A stretch of 64,000 nucleotides of DNA from Candidatus Deferrimicrobiaceae bacterium (GCA_963792415.1 CAWBVY010000006.1:858327-922326); one strand, 5' to 3'. Counted from the stretch's first letter, positions 1 through 11,480 are shown. A program made the numbers and translations. Notes: generated from the letters alone by a model not told the origin.

Positions 1-117
1 GGAGAGAGGGCGGATCGAAGACTCGAGCGCGTTCACACGGTCCACGGTCGGGCGGATCCGGTCGAGGATGCGCTCGTTCTGCGTGCCGAACATCTTTTTC
101 AGCAAGTTTGCGAACAT
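1..117 (-). CDS. secA: Preprotein translocase SecA, N-terminal fragment (runs off window edge)
   Basis: Manual minus-strand translation from ATG at 117: MFANLLKKMFGTQNERILDRIRPTVDRVNALESSIRPLS, a typical SecA N-terminus; lies downstream of an M23 peptidase gene, a common arrangement. Confidence 0.85.
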   Translation of the reverse strand, partial: MFANLLKKMFGTQNERILDRIRPTVDRVNALESSIRPLS

Positions 118-142
118 GATGGGAAGCCCCGCGGAGGATCCG

Positions 143-1024
143 TCAGTTCAGAAATCGCGCGGGGTTCACCGGGAGGCCGTTGACGCGGACCTCGTAGTGC
201 AGGTGGGGCCCTGTGGAACGCCCCGTGGAACCGACTTTCCCCAGTTTCTCTCCCCGGTTGACGAACTCCCCCTCTTCGACGCTGCGCGACGACAGGTGGG
301 CATAGATGGAACGATACCCCGCTCCGTGGTCGAGGACGACCATGTTCCCGTACAGCGCCTCGTAGCCGCTCTTCACCACGACGCCCGAAGCCGACGCCAG
401 GACCGGCATTCCCGTCCTGGCGACGATGTCCAGGCCGTGGTGGAAGACGGGGGTTTCTGTGAACGGGGAGCTGCGCACCCCGAACGCGGAGGAAAGGGTC
501 CCTCGCACGGGCCAGCCGCCCGGAATGCTTTCGAGAAGCAGCCTGCGGCTGTCGAGGGTTTCTCCGAGAACGTCGAGGTCGTTCACGTCGACCAGGAGGT
601 CCTGCTTCATCCGGTCGAACTTGAGGTCGAGCAGCTTGTCGAGGCGGTCCGCAGCCGACGTCTCGGGGGTCTCCGCCCCGCCGACACCCTTCGGCGATTT
701 CCGCCGGAGGGAGTCGTTGACCTTCACCAGCGACCGGATCCGGTTGTCCATGGCCCGGAGGCGCTCCACCTCGGCCGAAAGTCCCCCGAACTTGGTGTCC
801 AGGTGATACAGCGCAAGGTTCTGTTCGGACACCCGCTCGCGCAGCGCCCGCAATTCGTGCAATTTCGATATGTTATCGCGGATATCGTAGATCCCCTGGG
901 TCAGAAGGACGAACAGGACCCCGAGAACGGAGGCGGCGACCATAGCGGCGGTGCGCCCGACCCGGACTTCCCGGGATCGACCGGCATACCCGACGCGGAA
1001 TGTGAACAGAGGATCCCCGGACAA
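143..1024 (-). CDS. M23 family metallo-endopeptidase with N-terminal TM and coiled coil
   Basis: HHGLD (HxxxD) and HLHYEV (HxH) motifs, YGNMVVLDHG; probable TTG start at 1024 (ORF track start 1201 overlaps the neighbouring gene). Confidence 0.9.
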   Translation of the reverse strand: MSGDPLFTFRVGYAGRSREVRVGRTAAMVAASVLGVLFVLLTQGIYDIRDNISKLHELRALRERVSEQNLALYHLDTKFGGLSAEVERLRAMDNRIRSLVKVNDSLRRKSPKGVGGAETPETSAADRLDKLLDLKFDRMKQDLLVDVNDLDVLGETLDSRRLLLESIPGGWPVRGTLSSAFGVRSSPFTETPVFHHGLDIVARTGMPVLASASGVVVKSGYEALYGNMVVLDHGAGYRSIYAHLSSRSVEEGEFVNRGEKLGKVGSTGRSTGPHLHYEVRVNGLPVNPARFLN

Positions 1025-1130
1025 CCGACCCCACCCCCATTGTGGAAAGGAAAAGAGAGGACAGGGTAGCACACGAGGATCGCCGCTGTCAATGGAATGA
1101 AAACCGAAAGAAAATCGGTGGGATGCACTA

Positions 1131-1319
1131 TCACTCGCCCACCGCCTTCTTCTTGGTCCCGCGGGCCGGCTCCCGATTCTTGGCGACGACGGGGTCCACA
1201 ATCTCGCCGCAGTTCACGCACCTCCAGGAGTAGAACAGGGTCAGCATATCCTGGAAGCGCTCGAATACCATCGCGCCGTCGCACCGGGGGCACCGCACTC
1301 TTTTGTCGTTGTTGACCAT
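1131..1319 (-). CDS. Small zinc-ribbon protein (62 aa)
   Basis: CPRC...CVNC pairs; strong SD (AAGGAGG) upstream of the ATG. Confidence 0.75.
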   Translation of the reverse strand: MVNNDKRVRCPRCDGAMVFERFQDMLTLFYSWRCVNCGEIVDPVVAKNREPARGTKKKAVGE

Positions 1320-1462
1320 TTCCCGATCCCTCCTTTACCTTATCGATGCTCCGGGAACGGTTTTGGTTCCAATTGCAGGTTGCGGATCGCTTCCTCCCTG
1401 CCATATTATAGGTTGGCAGATGCCGAGGGAAATCCTCCTCCGGCAAGGAGTACCTCGAGAAA

Positions 1463-3346
1463 ATGGCGAAGAAACGGCTAGGGGAATTTCTACTCGAGTC
1501 CGGCCTCCTTGACGAGAAGGGGCTGGCGCGAGCCCTCGGGGAGCAGCGCACGAAGCGGGGAAAACTCGGGGAGGTGATCGTCACCCTCGGGCTGGCCACG
1601 GAGCAGGAGATCTGCCTGACCCTCTCCCAGCAGCTGGGAATCCCCACGATCGACCTGAAGAACACCCCCGTGGAGCCCCAGGCGATCGAGCTCATCCAGG
1701 AAAAGGTCGCACGGAAACATCTGATCATCCCCGTCGCGATCGACCAGCGCGACCTTCACATCGCGATGGCCGACCCGTTGAGCTTCGAGGCGTTCGAGGA
1801 TGTCCGGTTCGCCTCCGGCTTCACCATCAGGCCGTTCATCGCCCCCCGGTCCGACATCCTCTGGGCGATCGACCAGCATTACCACCTCGGGTCGTCCCTC
1901 AGCACCATCGTCAAGGACATCGTGGATGAGCGACAGATCGAGGTGCTGCACGACTCCCAGGACACCGAGGGGAGGGACCTCGACGATCTGCGGAAGAAGT
2001 CCGAGGCCGCCCCCGTCATCCGGATGGTGAACCTGATCGTCGCCGAGGCGGTCGACCAGAGGGCCTCCGACATCCACGTGGAGCCGACGAAGACGGCCCT
2101 CCAGATCCGTCACCGGGTCGACGGGCTCCTGCGCAAGACGATGGACCTTCCGAAATGGGTCCAGGGGGCGGTCGTGTCGCGGATCAAGATCATGGCGAGG
2201 ATGGACATCGCCGAGAAGCGGCTCCCGCAGGACGGCCGGATCGGCGTCCGCGTCGGGGGGCGCAGCCTCGACCTGCGGGTCTCCACGGTCCCGGCCAATT
2301 ACGGGGAGAAGGTGGTCATCCGGATCCTCGACTCGGCCAACGCGAACATCCCGCTGGAGTCGATCGGGTTCTCCCCCGGGGAACTGGTGAAGATGGAGGA
2401 GATCATCTCCCGTCCGCAGGGGATCCTCCTCATCACGGGACCCACCGGGTCCGGAAAGACGACCACCCTGTACGGGATCCTGAACCGGATCAAATCCGCC
2501 GAGGACAACATCACGACGATCGAAGACCCGATCGAGTACGAACTTGCGGGGATCAACCAGGTGGCGGTCCAGGAGAAGATCGGCCTCAGCTTCGCCGTCA
2601 TGCTCCGGTCGATGCTGCGGCAGGACCCCGACATCATCATGCTGGGGGAGATGCGCGACCTGGATACGACCGCGATCGCCGTCCAGGCGGCCCTCACGGG
2701 GCACCTGGTGTTCTCCACGATCCACACGAACTCCTCCGTGGCGACGATCACCCGGCTTCGCGACCTCGGGGTACCCTCCTTCCTGCTCGCCTCCACGATC
2801 ATCGGAATCGTGTCGCAGCGCCTCGTCCGCAAGATCTGCCAGAAGTGCAAGACGAAGGCCGACCCCACGGAGCGGGACATCCTGCGGCTGGGGATCACCG
2901 CCGGCGTCCCCGTCTACCGGGGGGCCGGGTGCCCCGAGTGCGGCGGCACGGGATACAAGGGGCGCACCGGCATCTTCGAGATCATGACGATCACCCAGCC
3001 GATCCGGGAGCTGATCGCGAGCAACGCGACGGAGAACGAGCTCCGCCAGGCGGCGGTCTCCAGGGGGATGGTGACGCTCGGGCGCGCCGCGCTGGAAAAG
3101 GTGATCTCCGGCATCACGACGACCGAGGAGGTGTACCGGGGGGTGGAGACCGACACCGACTTCGCATCCGTCTGCCCCCAATGCGCCACCCCCATGGAGT
3201 GCGACTTCGTCATGTGCCCGTCGTGCGGCTACTCCGCCTCCGCCACCTGCCGCGGGTGCAGCAGGATGGTCTCTCCCGGGTGGAAATTCTGCCCCTACTG
3301 CCGGCAGGACCTGCTGAAGACCGAGTCGCGGCGCAGCTTCGCCTGA
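1463..3346 (+). CDS. PilB/GspE-family secretion ATPase with N-terminal MshEN c-di-GMP-binding domain and C-terminal double zinc ribbon
   Basis: RLGEFLLESGLLDEKGLARALGEQ MshEN motif, ASDIHVEP, Walker A GPTGSGKT, TIEDPIEY, LRQDPDIIMLGEMRD; C-terminal CPQC/CPSC/CRGC/CPYC. Confidence 0.93.
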   Translation: MAKKRLGEFLLESGLLDEKGLARALGEQRTKRGKLGEVIVTLGLATEQEICLTLSQQLGIPTIDLKNTPVEPQAIELIQEKVARKHLIIPVAIDQRDLHIAMADPLSFEAFEDVRFASGFTIRPFIAPRSDILWAIDQHYHLGSSLSTIVKDIVDERQIEVLHDSQDTEGRDLDDLRKKSEAAPVIRMVNLIVAEAVDQRASDIHVEPTKTALQIRHRVDGLLRKTMDLPKWVQGAVVSRIKIMARMDIAEKRLPQDGRIGVRVGGRSLDLRVSTVPANYGEKVVIRILDSANANIPLESIGFSPGELVKMEEIISRPQGILLITGPTGSGKTTTLYGILNRIKSAEDNITTIEDPIEYELAGINQVAVQEKIGLSFAVMLRSMLRQDPDIIMLGEMRDLDTTAIAVQAALTGHLVFSTIHTNSSVATITRLRDLGVPSFLLASTIIGIVSQRLVRKICQKCKTKADPTERDILRLGITAGVPVYRGAGCPECGGTGYKGRTGIFEIMTITQPIRELIASNATENELRQAAVSRGMVTLGRAALEKVISGITTTEEVYRGVETDTDFASVCPQCATPMECDFVMCPSCGYSASATCRGCSRMVSPGWKFCPYCRQDLLKTESRRSFA

Positions 3347-3358
3347 GTCAAAGCCCCC

Positions 3359-4344
3359 TTAGAGGAAGTGGCACGCGGCGAAGCGTCCCGGGGCGACCTC
3401 GCGCAGGAGCGGGCAGACCTCCGCGCACTCCGCTCTGGCCATGAAACAGCGGGTGTGGAAGCGGCACCCTGGCGGCGGGGAGATCGGGGAGGGGATCTCC
3501 CCCGAGAGGACGATCCGTTCCGACGGAGCGTCTCCCAGCATCGGGACGGCCGACAGCAGAGAACGGGTGTACGGGTGCAGCGGCTCGCGGAACAGCTCCT
3601 GCGCAGGCCCCGTCTCCATCACCTTTCCGAGGTACATCACCGCCACAGCGTCGCTCATGTGCCGGATCACCCGGAGGTCGTGGGAGACGAACAGGTACGC
3701 CATCCCGTACTCCTCCTGGATCTCCTTGAGGAGGTTCAGGATCTGCGCCTGGACGGAGACATCGAGGGCGGACACCGGCTCGTCGGCCACCATCAGCTTC
3801 GGGGAGAGCGCGATCGCACGGGCGATCCCGATCCGCTGGCGCTGCCCGCCGGAGAACTCGTGGGGATATTTCCCGCCCGCCTCAGCGGGCATCCCGACCC
3901 GGACGAGGAGCCGTTCGGCACGTTCCCGCAGATCCTTCCCCTTCGCCAGCCCGTGGACGAGCCACCCCTCCCCCACGATGTCGCGCACCTTCATCCGCGG
4001 GTTCAGGGAGGAGTACGGGTCCTGGAAGACGATCTGCATCCGGCGCCGCGTCGTCCGCAGCGCCTCGCCTTCCATGCGCGTGATGTCCTTCCCTTCGAAC
4101 CGGATCGACCCGGAATCGGGGTCGAGCAGCCGGATCGCGAGGCGGGCGAGCGTCGTCTTCCCGCACCCCGACTCCCCCACCAGCCCGAGCGTCTTTCCGG
4201 GCGGAACCGAGAGGGAGACGCCGTCCACGGCGCGCACACGGAGATCGTCCCCGGAGAAGAACGACTTCCGCACCGGGAACGTCTTGTAGACGTTGACCAT
4301 CGCGAGGAGCGCGCCGTCCGTTTCCGGCCGGTAGATGCCGCCGG

Positions 4345-4348
<4 letters not shown>
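3359..4348 (-). CDS. Oligopeptide/dipeptide ABC transporter ATP-binding subunit (OppF/DppF)
   Basis: GESGCGKT, FSGGQRQR, DEPVSALD, HPYT, GCRFHTRC; ATG 4348 overlaps the upstream stop. Confidence 0.95.
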
Positions 4349-5385
<1,037 letters not shown>

Positions 5386-5392
5386 CGGGAGC

Positions 5393-6247
5393 TCACCGGC
5401 CTTTCAGGCGCGGGTCCGCGGCGTCACGGATCCCCTCGCCCAGGAGGTTGTACCCGAGCACGGTGATCAGGATCGCCAGTCCGGGGAAGAGGGAGAGCCA
5501 CCAGGCGAACTCGATGTAATTCTTGCCGACGGTGAGGATGTTCCCCCACGAAGGGGTCGGGGGCTGGACGCCGATCCCCAGGAACGACAAGGCCGATTCG
5601 GTGAGGATCGCCCCCGCCACCCCGAGCGTGGCCGCCACCAGGATCGGCGCCAGTGCGTTGGGCAGGATGTGCCGGAACACGATCCGGAGGGTCCCCGCCC
5701 CCTGGGCCCGCGCCGCCGCAACGAAGTCCCTCTCCTTGAGGGACAGCGTCTCCGCCCGCACCAGGCGCGCCACCCCCATCCAGCCGGTCAGCCCGATGAC
5801 CACCATGATGTTCACGATCGACGGGCTCAGGAAGGCGATCACCGACAGGATGAGGAAGAAGGTCGGGAAGCAGAGCATGATGTCGACGAACCGCATCAGG
5901 ACGGCGTCGACCCGGCGCCCGTAGAAGCCCGACAGCAGCCCGATCACCAGACCGACGGACGTGGCGATCCCCACCGCGACGAACCCGACCTTCATGGACA
6001 CGCGTGCGCCGTACACCACCCGGGAGAGCACGTCCCTTCCCAGGTCGTCCGTCCCCAGCGGGTGGGCCGCTGACGGGGGCTGCAGGATGGTTGCGACGTC
6101 GATCCGGTCGGGGTTCTGCGACGTGAACAGCGCCGGGAACGCCGCGACGAGGAAGAAGAGCACGATGACCAGCCCTCCGGCCACCGTGAGCCGGTTCCGC
6201 AGCAGTCTGCGGGCGAAATCCCGCCGGATGCCGGCGCTGCCGCTCAC
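5393..6247 (-). CDS. Oligopeptide ABC transporter permease (OppC/DppC)
   Basis: HPLGTDDLGRDVLSR, EAA-like loop, SFLGIGVQPPTPSWG. Confidence 0.95.
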   Translation of the reverse strand: MSGSAGIRRDFARRLLRNRLTVAGGLVIVLFFLVAAFPALFTSQNPDRIDVATILQPPSAAHPLGTDDLGRDVLSRVVYGARVSMKVGFVAVGIATSVGLVIGLLSGFYGRRVDAVLMRFVDIMLCFPTFFLILSVIAFLSPSIVNIMVVIGLTGWMGVARLVRAETLSLKERDFVAAARAQGAGTLRIVFRHILPNALAPILVAATLGVAGAILTESALSFLGIGVQPPTPSWGNILTVGKNYIEFAWWLSLFPGLAILITVLGYNLLGEGIRDAADPRLKGR

Positions 6248-6254
6248 GCGGGCC

Positions 6255-7229
6255 TCATCCCTGCCGGATCCGCGGGTCCGCGAGAGCGTACCCGACGTCC
6301 GCCAGGAGGTTGCCCAGGAGCGTGAGGAACGCGCCGATCGTAAGGATCCCCATGATCAGGGGGTAGTCGCGCGCCATGACGCCCTGGTAGAACAGCTGGC
6401 CCATCCCCGGGATCGCGAAGATCGTCTCGAAGATCACCGACCCCCCCAGAAGCTCCGGCACGGAGAGACCGAGGATCGTGATCACCGGGAGGATGGCGTT
6501 GCGCATCGCGTGGAGGTAGATCACCTTTCGTTCCGGGAGCCCCTTGGCCCGGGCGGAGGCGATGTAGTCCTGGCGGATCACCTCGAGCATGTTCGACCGC
6601 ATGTAGCGCGACATCCCCGCCAGTCCGGTGAAGCCCGCCAGCAGCACCGGCAGCAGGAGGTGACGGGCGCGGTCCGCGATCTTTCCCATCACGGTCAGGG
6701 ATTGGTACTCCAGGGAGCCGATCCCTGAGATGGGGAGCCACCCCAGCTTCACTCCGAAGAGGATCATCAGCAGCAGGGCGAGCCAGAAGGTGGGGATGGA
6801 GAACCCCGTGAACACGAATACGGTCGAGACGCGGTCGAAGAGGGAGCCCTGGCGCACCGCGGAATAGATCCCGATGGGGATGGCCACCAGGAAGATGAGC
6901 CCCATCGACAGGACGTTGATCGTCAGCGTGATCGGGATCCGTTCCCGGATCTTCTCGGCCACCGGGCGGCCGTCGGGAGAGAAGCTTTCCCCGAAATCGA
7001 GCGTCGCCATCCGGGCGAGCCACCGCCCGTACTGGACGTGGAGCGGCTTGTCGAGACCGTAATACTTCTCCAGGCGTGTGCGGGCCTCCGCGGTCGCCCT
7101 TGGGTTCAGATCCGTCGTCAGGCTGATCGGGCCGCCGGGAGCCATGTGGATCATCAGGAAGGAGATGAGGCTGATCCCGACGAGGAGGGGGATCGTCAGC
7201 AGAAGCCGGCGCGCAACGAACCGGAGCAT
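6255..7229 (-). CDS. Oligopeptide ABC transporter permease (OppB/DppB)
   Basis: [32 protein letters not shown]. Confidence 0.95.
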   Translation of the reverse strand: MLRFVARRLLLTIPLLVGISLISFLMIHMAPGGPISLTTDLNPRATAEARTRLEKYYGLDKPLHVQYGRWLARMATLDFGESFSPDGRPVAEKIRERIPITLTINVLSMGLIFLVAIPIGIYSAVRQGSLFDRVSTVFVFTGFSIPTFWLALLLMILFGVKLGWLPISGIGSLEYQSLTVMGKIADRARHLLLPVLLAGFTGLAGMSRYMRSNMLEVIRQDYIASARAKGLPERKVIYLHAMRNAILPVITILGLSVPELLGGSVIFETIFAIPGMGQLFYQGVMARDYPLIMGILTIGAFLTLLGNLLADVGYALADPRIRQG

Positions 7230-7244
7230 CGCTTCCCTACCGCT

Positions 7245-8891
7245 TCACGGCTGGATCCGGTATTTCTGGAGCGCCTTGGGCACGTACCACCTGGGAAAGT
7301 TGTACGAGATGCCCGCGGAAGCGGGATGGATCCCGTGGAACCGCTTCTGGACCACCGGCAGCGCGTCCGGAACGAAGAGAAAGACATACGGCTGCTCCTC
7401 CGCCAGGATCTCCTGGATCCGGAAATACGCCTTCTTCCGCTTCTCGATGTCGAAGGTGCTTCGCCCCTCTTCGAGGAGTTTGTCCACCTCGGGGTTGGCG
7501 AACCCGACGAAGTTCAGCTCCTTGGGCCCCGTCTTCGAGGAGTGCCAGATATCGTACTGGTCGGGGTCGGGCGTGAGACTCCACCCAAGGATGACCGCGT
7601 CGAAATCGCGCTTGTCGATGAACTGGTTGATGAACGCCGCCCACTCCACGGTCCGGATCTTCATCGTGATCCCGATCTCCGCCAGGTTCTGCTGCAGGAT
7701 CGCCGCCGTCTTCGCGCGCGCCTCGTTCCCGGCGTTGGTGAGCACCGTGAACTCGAACGGCCGCCCGTCCTTCACGAGCGTCCCGTCCTTCTCCTTCCAC
7801 CCCGCCTCGGCGAGCAGCGCCTTCGCCCGTGCCGGATCGTGAGTGTACTTCCGGACGTTCGGATTGTACGCCCATGTCCCGGGCTTGTACGGTCCCGTCG
7901 CCTCCTGCCCAAGGCCCAGAAGGACCCCGTCGATCAGCGCCTTCTTGTCCGCCGCGAAGGCGATCGCCTGGCGGACCCGGCGGTCCTTGAAGAAGGGGTG
8001 GGACAGCCGGAAGCCGAGGTAGGTGTACGCCGACGCCAGGTACTTGTACTTGTTGAACGAGGTCCTGAAATCCGGGGCATCGGTCTGCCGCGTGTACTGC
8101 GGCGGGGTGAGCGTCATGATGTCCACGCCGCCGGACTTGAGTTCCAGGAACATCGTCGCCTGGTCCGGGATGACGCGCGTGATCACCCGCGCGATGTACG
8201 GCTTCCCCTCGAAATAGTCGGGGTTGGCGTCGTAGACGACCTTTTCCCCGGTCTTCCACTCGACGAACCGGTACGGCCCGGTGCCGACCGGCTTCTTGTT
8301 CAGCGGGCTCTTCGAGATGTCCGGGTATTTCTCCAGGAGATGCTTCGGGAGGACGTGCATCCCCCACGACGCCAGCGCGGGGGCGAACGACCGCGCATAC
8401 TCGACGACGAAGGTGTGCGGGTCCGGGGCGCTCGCGCGCCTGACCTGTTTGAAATCCTCCGCGTATGCGGTGGGGGTGCGCGGGTCGATCATCCTGCGGT
8501 AGGTGAACATCACGTCCTCGGAGGTGAAGGGGGCGCCGTCCTGCCACTTCACCCCTTTCCGCAGATGAAAGGTGATCTTCCTCCCGTCGGGGGAGACCTC
8601 CCACGATTTCGCGAGCTCCCCTTCGAGCTTCAGATCCTTGTCGTACCGGACCAGCCCGTTGAAGACGTATCCCGCCGCCTCGTGGGAGGCGGCGTCCGAG
8701 GTCACAGCGGACAGGAAGCCGCTGATGCCGCCGATGCTCCCCTCGACGATCATGTCGCCGTATGCGGGGACATCCGGGACGGCGGCGGCATTCTCCGGCT
8801 GCGCCTCCTTCTTCCCGCTGCCGCACCCCGTGAGGACCGCGAGCAGGATCAGGGCGTGCAGTGCGGCGATCCTCCGCGGCGTTCGCCTCAT
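7245..8891 (-). CDS. Peptide ABC transporter substrate-binding lipoprotein (SBP family 5)
   Basis: Lipobox LTGC, LRKGVKWQDG, PVGTGPY, FKDRRVRQAIA. Confidence 0.95.
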   Translation of the reverse strand: MRRTPRRIAALHALILLAVLTGCGSGKKEAQPENAAAVPDVPAYGDMIVEGSIGGISGFLSAVTSDAASHEAAGYVFNGLVRYDKDLKLEGELAKSWEVSPDGRKITFHLRKGVKWQDGAPFTSEDVMFTYRRMIDPRTPTAYAEDFKQVRRASAPDPHTFVVEYARSFAPALASWGMHVLPKHLLEKYPDISKSPLNKKPVGTGPYRFVEWKTGEKVVYDANPDYFEGKPYIARVITRVIPDQATMFLELKSGGVDIMTLTPPQYTRQTDAPDFRTSFNKYKYLASAYTYLGFRLSHPFFKDRRVRQAIAFAADKKALIDGVLLGLGQEATGPYKPGTWAYNPNVRKYTHDPARAKALLAEAGWKEKDGTLVKDGRPFEFTVLTNAGNEARAKTAAILQQNLAEIGITMKIRTVEWAAFINQFIDKRDFDAVILGWSLTPDPDQYDIWHSSKTGPKELNFVGFANPEVDKLLEEGRSTFDIEKRKKAYFRIQEILAEEQPYVFLFVPDALPVVQKRFHGIHPASAGISYNFPRWYVPKALQKYRIQP

Positions 8892-9544
8892 TCGGGGTCC
8901 CTCTGCAACGTGAACTTTGCTCCACGGACCGACACGACGATCCGCTCCGGCGGGTCCGCCGATCCCCTCCCGGGGTAGTCGACCGTCACGCGCATCCCGG
9001 GGACCCGGTATTCGGCTCCGGCGAGAAACCGCCGCCCCGGGTCGGAGCGCAGTGTCTGGCGGCCGTCGGAAAGTGACCAGGCGCCGTCTTCGTATCGCGA
9101 CGTCTCGGCCGAAGTCACCATGTATCCGGGGGCCCCGGAGAGGACCCGCGCGAGCGACACGGGACCCGCGTCGATGGGATCCGCCCCGCGGAACCCCGCA
9201 AGATCCGCCGCGGGACCACGGGAGATCGCCACGCGGTGGCCGTCATTCTCCAGAAACGCCACCCCGCGGCCGAAGGGATCGTACAGGCCCACCGTCTCCT
9301 CTTCCGGCGACCGGGCGGATACTCCCGCAACGAAGGGGACGACGTCCCCCGCGACGGGCACCGCGGTCCCGGAATACGACGCTTTTACGGGAAAGACGAC
9401 CCGTCCCGGGAGAGCGGCGAAAAATCGCTCCGCGCGGTCGGCTTCCGGACCCGTGACGATCGTCCGCGACGGCGCGCACGCGCAAAAGGCAACGGCGGCC
9501 AGGAGAGGCACGACGGCCCGCAGTGCCTTAGTGCTGCGTTTCAT
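8888..9544 (-). CDS. Putative outer-membrane lipoprotein (possibly LolB-like); current ATG lies inside a MITE terminal repeat
   Basis: MKRSTKALRAVVPLLAAVAFCAC signal peptide with Cys; follows the TPR gene as in TPR-lolB loci (inference); stop overlaps the SBP start. Confidence 0.65.
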   Translation of the reverse strand: MKRSTKALRAVVPLLAAVAFCACAPSRTIVTGPEADRAERFFAALPGRVVFPVKASYSGTAVPVAGDVVPFVAGVSARSPEEETVGLYDPFGRGVAFLENDGHRVAISRGPAADLAGFRGADPIDAGPVSLARVLSGAPGYMVTSAETSRYEDGAWSLSDGRQTLRSDPGRRFLAGAEYRVPGMRVTVDYPGRGSADPPERIVVSVRGAKFTLQRDPE

Positions 9545-9695
9545 AAATACGGTTGCATTCGAGGCCCGCTGCATCCGCCCCGGCTTCGTTGCGCTCCCTC
9601 ACCGTACTTGCCCAGTACGCCTCGGTCGCGACGCCTTGCCGGATGCGGCGCATCGACCCTCTCGGTGCGACACCGTATTTATGAAACGCAACACT
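9530..9695. mobile_element. MITE-like non-autonomous element, 166 bp, with 24-bp terminal inverted repeats
   Basis: AGTGCTGCGTTTCATAAATACGGT (9530-9553) and ACCGTATTTATGAAACGCAACACT (9672-9695), 23/24 complementary; self-complementary interior; no transposase. Confidence 0.85.
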
Positions 9696-9709
9696 TGTGC
9701 TGCGGAGTA

Positions 9710-11410
9710 TCACTTCCCGGCGGGCTGCGCCTTGCGCAGGCGGTGGATCTTCCTCCCCACGTCGTCCGGCTTCTCGTGCCCTTTTGCGATCGCCTTCTCG
9801 AACAGGGCGGCCGCCTCCTCGTTTTTCCCCTGGGCCTGCAGGACATCCCCGAGGTGCTCCAGGATGACCGGGTCGTCGGGGACGAACGTCAGCGCCTGGA
9901 GGAGCTCCACTTCGGCACGCCCGAAATCGCCGAGCCGGTAGTGGACCCACGCGAGGCTGTCGAGGAAGTACCCGTCGTCGGGGCGGATCTCGAGCGCCCG
10001 GTGGATGAGCTTCTCCGCCTCGGGAAGGCGGATGTTCCGGTCCGCGAAGGTATAGCCGAGATAATTGAGGGCGGTGGCGTGCTTCGGGTCGAGGGCGATC
10101 ACCTTCTCCATCGCGGCGATCACCGGCTCGAGTTCGCCCCGCTTGTCCTGGACCACCCCGACGGCGAACCACGCGGCGGGATTTCCCGGGGCCTTTTCGG
10201 TCGCCTCGGTGGCCACGGCCAACGCCTCGTCATACCGCTTCACCTCCTCGAGCTGCCCGGCGAGGAAGACCATCAGATCCACGTCCCCGGGACTCTTCTC
10301 CCGAAGCTTCCGGACGACTTCGATCGCCTCGTCGTTCTTTTTCTGCCGCGACAGGAGCATCGCGAGGTGAAGCATCGCCTCCCGGTGCACCGGGTCGCCC
10401 TCGGGAATCTTCCGGAACGTCGCCTCGGCCTCCGGCAAGGCACCCTTCTCCTCGTACGCCGTCCCCAGGAAGAAACGCACCTGCGTGTTCCCCGGGTCGG
10501 AGGCGAGGACAAAGGTGAACTCGTTGATCGCGTCATCGAACCGGTCGCGATCGAGGTAAAGAAGTCCCAGCTTCACGAGGACGTCCGGGGTTGCGCCGGA
10601 GAACTTCTTCAACTCCTCGTACTGGTCGACCGCCTGGTCGATCTTCTTCTCCCGGATCAGCAGGCGGCCAAGCCGGTCGCGGAGGAACGGGTTGTTCGGG
10701 GAAGAGCGGAGTGCGGTCTTGTACCGCTCCTCCGCCTCCGCGTCCCGACCGAGAATCTCGAGAACCGCTCCGGACTCGAGAAGCGCCGCGTCGAAGCCCG
10801 GGGCGATCGAGAGGGCCTTGTCGTAGTCGGCCAGGGCCTCCTCGTATTTCTTCTGGGCCGCAAGGATGCGGCCCCGGTAATAGTACGCAAGGTAGGCATC
10901 GGGGTCCCGGGCGATCAGCGCGCCGAGAACCTCCTCGGCGCTGGAAAATTCCCCCCGCTCCGCGTGGAGGGTGGCGATGTGGAGGTACGCTTCATCGCTC
11001 TCCGGGTCCTCCTTCAGGACACGTTCGTATTCGGCCAGGGACTTTTCGCGATCGCCCGACGCGGCGAGGATCCCCGCCAGAAGATACCGCGACCGCGTGT
11101 GCCCCTCGTCGAGCGCAAGGGCCTTTTCCAATTCCTCCCGGGCCTCGGGGAGCCGTCCCTTCTTCACGAGCACGTTGGCGATCTCGTAGAGGATGTCCGG
11201 CTCGTCCCCTGCGTACCTCAGCGCCTTCCGGTACGACCCGAGGGCGGCGTCGAGATTCCCCTCCCGGAAGTCGAGATATCCTTCAAGAAAGTGGCCGTAG
11301 GCGCGGGGATCGGTTCGGGGGGGGGTCGGGCCGGCGAACCCGCTCGACGTCCCTGCCGGGGCGAGAAAAAGAAAAAGGGCCAGGCCCCCAGTCGCGACGA
11401 GGATTCGCAT
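9710..11410 (-). CDS. Periplasmic tetratricopeptide-repeat protein
   Basis: Signal peptide MRILVATGGLALFLFLAPA after GGAGGA SD; many TPRs; ALNYLGYTFAD, YFLDSLAWVHY, ILEHLGD motifs. Confidence 0.92.
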   Translation of the reverse strand: MRILVATGGLALFLFLAPAGTSSGFAGPTPPRTDPRAYGHFLEGYLDFREGNLDAALGSYRKALRYAGDEPDILYEIANVLVKKGRLPEAREELEKALALDEGHTRSRYLLAGILAASGDREKSLAEYERVLKEDPESDEAYLHIATLHAERGEFSSAEEVLGALIARDPDAYLAYYYRGRILAAQKKYEEALADYDKALSIAPGFDAALLESGAVLEILGRDAEAEERYKTALRSSPNNPFLRDRLGRLLIREKKIDQAVDQYEELKKFSGATPDVLVKLGLLYLDRDRFDDAINEFTFVLASDPGNTQVRFFLGTAYEEKGALPEAEATFRKIPEGDPVHREAMLHLAMLLSRQKKNDEAIEVVRKLREKSPGDVDLMVFLAGQLEEVKRYDEALAVATEATEKAPGNPAAWFAVGVVQDKRGELEPVIAAMEKVIALDPKHATALNYLGYTFADRNIRLPEAEKLIHRALEIRPDDGYFLDSLAWVHYRLGDFGRAEVELLQALTFVPDDPVILEHLGDVLQAQGKNEEAAALFEKAIAKGHEKPDDVGRKIHRLRKAQPAGK

Positions 11411-11480
11411 CGTTTCCTCCGGAAAAATATGAACCGTAAGTATTATATACTCACTACCCGTGAAACCGCGAGGAGGACCG

